Shown here: positions 27,264 through 32,000 of the stretch, one piece after another | Layout: each line of letters begins with the position of its first letter | Position numbering within the stretch: position 1 is the first letter of the stretch | From: Phycisphaera mikurensis NBRC 102666 | Lineage (GTDB): Bacteria; Planctomycetota; Phycisphaerae; Phycisphaerales; Phycisphaeraceae | Assembly: GCF_000284115.1 (NCBI RefSeq) | Contig: NC_017080.1 | Coordinates: forward strand, 3,150,001 to 3,182,000 | Reading direction: 5' to 3' | DNA length: 32,000 nt | The notes under the pieces: model-generated | The model's input: only the letters and a program-made list of their open reading frames with translations | Told to the model about the DNA's origin: nothing | Database searches by the model: none | Position numbers and translations under genes: made by a program

Positions 27264-28358
27264 TCAGGCGAGGCCGAGGTCCTCGTAGAGCGCGGCCAGC
27301 GTCGTGTGCAGCCGCTGCTGGTGGGCCAGCTCGCCGGGCATCCCGTCCCAGACGACGGCGGCGGCGAGGCCGTGCGCCGGATCGGCGAAGCCGACCGCGC
27401 ACTGGTTGCCGCCGTGGCCGAAGGCCCCGTCGCTGGCGTGCGGCCCGAAGCCGTACGGCACCAGCTCGCGGCCGTGCCGCTTGGAGTCGATGGCGACGCC
27501 CAGGCCCCAGTCGATCGTCGCCTTGAAGGTCGCGTCCTCCAGGCCCTCCCGCTGGCGCGAGGACACGGCCGCGGCGGTGGCCGGTTCCAGCACGCGGACG
27601 CCGTCGAGCGTTCCGGCCGGGTCGGCCTCGTCCAGCAGCATCCGGTAGAGCCGGACCAGCCCCGCCGCGGGCCCGCGGTTGTTCGCGCCCGGCTTGGGGT
27701 TCGTGCACCAGGCCTCGGCCGCGTAGCCGGGATCCGCCGGCGGGTTCTGGGTGGTGTCCAGCGTTGCGACGAGCCGGCCGGCGTCATGGAGCGCCGCCCA
27801 AGCTGCGGGCGTCATCCCGCAGTGGCAGTCCCGCATGCCCAGCGGCCCCAGCGCCCGCGCCTCCGTCGCCTCGATGACGCCCAGGCCCGATGCCGTCTCC
27901 AGGAGCGCCCCCAGCGTGTACCAGCTCGTGTACACGTGATACCCGGCCCGCTCGCCGGGCGACCAACGCGGCTCCTGCCGCGCCGCGTTCACCGCCTCGA
28001 CGGCCTCCGCCCACGGCGTCCGCGGGTGATCCAGCACGGCCGCCCGGAAGCCGGACGTGTGCGTGAGCAGGTGGCGGATCGTCGTGCCCGCCTTCCCGTT
28101 GCGCTCGAAGCCGGGCAGGTGCGACGCCACCTCGTCGTCGAGGCCCAGCCGCCCCGCGTCCACCTCCGCGAGCACCGCCACCGCGGTCACCGGCTTGCCC
28201 GCCGACATCCAGAGCATCACGCCGTCGCGCGTGGCGGAGCCGAAGGCCTCGTCCGCCACCGGCTCGCCCCCGAGGAACGCGACGGCCTGCGCCCCCGCGT
28301 GCCGGCCCGCCGCCACGCCTTCCTCGAAGATCGCCCGGGTCCGGGTCAAGCCGCTCAT
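27264..28358 (-). CDS. Serine hydrolase, beta-lactamase/class C (PF00144-type)
   Basis: LWMSAGKPVTAVAVLAEVDAG (SxxK), TIRHLLTHTSGF, YHVYTSWYTLGALLE, FGHGGNQCAVGFADPAHGLAAAVV. ATG at 28358. Confidence 0.92.
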   Translation of the reverse strand: MSGLTRTRAIFEEGVAAGRHAGAQAVAFLGGEPVADEAFGSATRDGVMLWMSAGKPVTAVAVLAEVDAGRLGLDDEVASHLPGFERNGKAGTTIRHLLTHTSGFRAAVLDHPRTPWAEAVEAVNAARQEPRWSPGERAGYHVYTSWYTLGALLETASGLGVIEATEARALGPLGMRDCHCGMTPAAWAALHDAGRLVATLDTTQNPPADPGYAAEAWCTNPKPGANNRGPAAGLVRLYRMLLDEADPAGTLDGVRVLEPATAAAVSSRQREGLEDATFKATIDWGLGVAIDSKRHGRELVPYGFGPHASDGAFGHGGNQCAVGFADPAHGLAAAVVWDGMPGELAHQQRLHTTLAALYEDLGLA

Positions 28359-28379
28359 GGAGACGTTGTACGGGCGGAT

Positions 28380-28425
28380 CCGCGGACCGTGGGGCTTTCC
28401 GCACGATCGGGCCCGCGGTCCGCGG
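28380..28425. repeat. 46-bp element, copy E, just upstream of the serine hydrolase gene
   Basis: Arms 28380-28389 and 28416-28425, spacer 26 nt. Confidence 0.95.
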
Positions 28426-28639
28426 AGCGGGAGGCTCGCGTGAACCATCCGTGCCGGGACCGCTCGCGGCAAAACGCCGCCAGCGGATCGCACCCCCGGG
28501 AGGGCCGAGCCCGCGTCCGTGCGCGCCGCCCGGCGGGCCTCCGGGCGGCGCAAAATCAAAGCCGGTCGCTTCCGCGACCGGCTCCGTCCCCGGCGGCCGG
28601 GCCGCCGGGCTCTCGTCGACGCTCACCCGCGGACCGGGC

Positions 28640-30433
<1,794 letters not shown>

Positions 30434-30470
30434 AGGAGTCGGATTTCCTACCGCGGGGAAGAGGCACCCG

Positions 30471-30490
30471 CGGCCGCCGCGCGGCGGCCG
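30471..30490. promoter_or_regulatory. 20-bp perfect palindrome upstream of rpsA
   Basis: CGGCCGCCGCGCGGCGGCCG equals its own reverse complement; 37 nt upstream of the rpsA start. Confidence 0.5.
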
Positions 30491-30947
30491 ATGACGGGTC
30501 CGGAGGCGGCGGGAACGCCTCGCGAGCGACAGCAACCATCGGGAAGATGGGCGCCGACGGCACAGGATAGCGGGAGACGCGGCGGAAGATCCTGCATCGC
30601 CCCTTCCCACGCGACGCGCTGCAGCGGGGGCGGATTCCCGGCCCGGGAAGAACACCCGCACCGGCGGTCGCTGCCGCGGGCCGGCCCGAGGAGGACGCCT
30701 GGACACCGCAAGCCCTGGGGCGCCAGCGTGTTGCGAGATCCCGCGAGAGCTGCGGTGCCCGGAGGGCTTCGGCTCCGAAACCGACTGCGGGCTTCCGCCC
30801 CGCGGGGTAGGGGTATCCGCCTAGCATTCTCGGCTCGCGTGCCGCGGCACCCGCCCGGCAACGGCCCCCGACCGCGTCGCAGCCCGAGCCTGCGAGCGAA
30901 CCCCGCGGACCCCGTCGGAGTCCGAGAGAAAAGACTGGAATCTGATT

Positions 30948-31514
30948 ATGCAGACCAACCACATGCTCCCTTCCACGATCGCGTGCACCCTCGGCGTCTG
31001 CCTGCTGGCCACCGCCGCTTCCGCGGAGGATCACGCGTCGCACGCGATCCCGGAGCAGGACGTTCTGGACGTCCAGAAGGAGTGGGGCGAAGGCATCGTC
31101 GCCATCTCCAAGGTCCACAAGGAGGGCGGCGATTACACCGCCCGCGCCGAGGAGCACATCAACGAGCTCTACGCCTACGACCTCGGCGACGTGATGTTCA
31201 AGCCGACGCTTGCCGCTGAAGACCAGTTCCGCGAGACCTTCGAAGAGGCGCTGTCGTACTTCGTCGGCACCGAGGGCTCGGAAGACAAGGGCTTCGCCAT
31301 CTCCGGCTGGACCGACGTCCGCTGGGAGAGCAACGGCGTTTACACGGACGACAACTCGGCCACCGCGATGGGCAACTACTTCTTCAAGAAGGCCGACGGA
31401 TCGGAAACCAAGGTCGAGTACACCTTCGGCTACGTGAAAGACGACGACGGCAACCTCAAGATCAACCTGCACCACTCGTCGCTGCCCTTCGATCCCTCGC
31501 CGATCGCGGAGTGA
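30948..31514 (+). CDS. Secreted SnoaL/NTF2-like protein
   Basis: Signal peptide MLPSTIACTLGVCLLATAASAE; VQKEWGEGIVAISKVHKEGGDYTARAEEHINELYAYD..DVMFKPTLAAEDQFR; C-terminal KINLHHSSLPF. Confidence 0.65.
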   Translation: MQTNHMLPSTIACTLGVCLLATAASAEDHASHAIPEQDVLDVQKEWGEGIVAISKVHKEGGDYTARAEEHINELYAYDLGDVMFKPTLAAEDQFRETFEEALSYFVGTEGSEDKGFAISGWTDVRWESNGVYTDDNSATAMGNYFFKKADGSETKVEYTFGYVKDDDGNLKINLHHSSLPFDPSPIAE

Positions 31515-31705
31515 CGCCGGGGATCTGGGGGATCCGGGGGACAGGGAACCTGGGAGACAGACCCCGGGACCCGTTGCCGGCACCGAACCGTCTTCCTCAA
31601 GGACCAGGGGCCAGGCCCCGGCGGACCCCGGCGGACCCGGGGCGGACCCGGAAGCGGGGCCCGCAGGCCGGTCGAGACCCGCGGACCCCGGGTGGGGGCA
31701 GCCGC

Positions 31706-32000
31706 TCAGGTGAGGTACGTGTACCCGGCCAGGCCTTCTTCGTAGAAGCGGCGGAGCGTCGCCGCCTCCTCGCCGGTCAGCCGGCCGTCGGCGGCCGCGG
31801 CCTCGACGCTCTTGCCGAAGCGGCGGGACAGCTCCTCGGGGCGGTACTGCACGTAGCCGAGCACCTCGGCGACGGTGTCGCCGAGCACGATCTCGTCGAT
31901 CCTGGCCCGCCCCGTGGCGTCGACTTCCACGTGGACGGCGTTGACGTCGCCGAAGAGGTTGTGCAGGTCGCCGAGGGTTTCCTGGTACGCGCCCACGAGG
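31706..32000 (-). CDS. speA: Biosynthetic arginine decarboxylase, C-terminal end (gene enters from right edge)
   Basis: MGAYQETLGDLHNLFGDVNAVHVEVD...VLGYVQYRPEEL matches the SpeA C-terminal signature. Confidence 0.88.
   Translation of the reverse strand, partial: LVGAYQETLGDLHNLFGDVNAVHVEVDATGRARIDEIVLGDTVAEVLGYVQYRPEELSRRFGKSVEAAAADGRLTGEEAATLRRFYEEGLAGYTYLT

Overview
GC-rich, gene-dense chromosomal window made up almost entirely of housekeeping genes (taxonomy only guessed: planctomycete / Phycisphaera-like). Recognised genes in order: pth (3' end), pckA, hisF, a STAS gene, a PspA/IM30 homologue plus membrane partner, aroB, an SMP-30 gene, a GmhB-like phosphatase with a C-terminal membrane tail, gmk, holA, an RmlD-like SDR, a 2-hydroxyacid dehydrogenase, rpiB, lipB, leuA, a family 2 glycosyltransferase, rpsL, rpsG, flgH/flgA/flgG/flgF, a serine hydrolase, rpsA, and speA (3' end). 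I see no CRISPR, defence, phage, BGC, tRNA or rRNA signal. The unusual content is non-coding. (1) A 46-bp element with exact architecture CCGCGGACCG-N26-CGGTCCGCGG occurs six times: 6937, 8928, 13735, 18333, 22791 and 28380. Arms are identical and the spacer is always exactly 26 nt although its sequence varies. Two copies lie inside genes and are read in the same frame (ADR...PPAVRG). (2) A TAnnnT-like hexamer sits 6-9 nt upstream of the start codon in about 14 genes, suggesting widespread leaderless transcription. It also supports non-ATG starts for hisF (TTG) and lipB (GTG). (3) A ~106-bp tandem array with paired palindromes lies between pth and pckA. (4) Two purine-arm/pyrimidine-arm repeats occur next to hisF and between flgF and flgG. 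(5) There are structured regions near rpsG and rpsA, and an insertion in S7. Everything was done by eye; no searches or folding were run.
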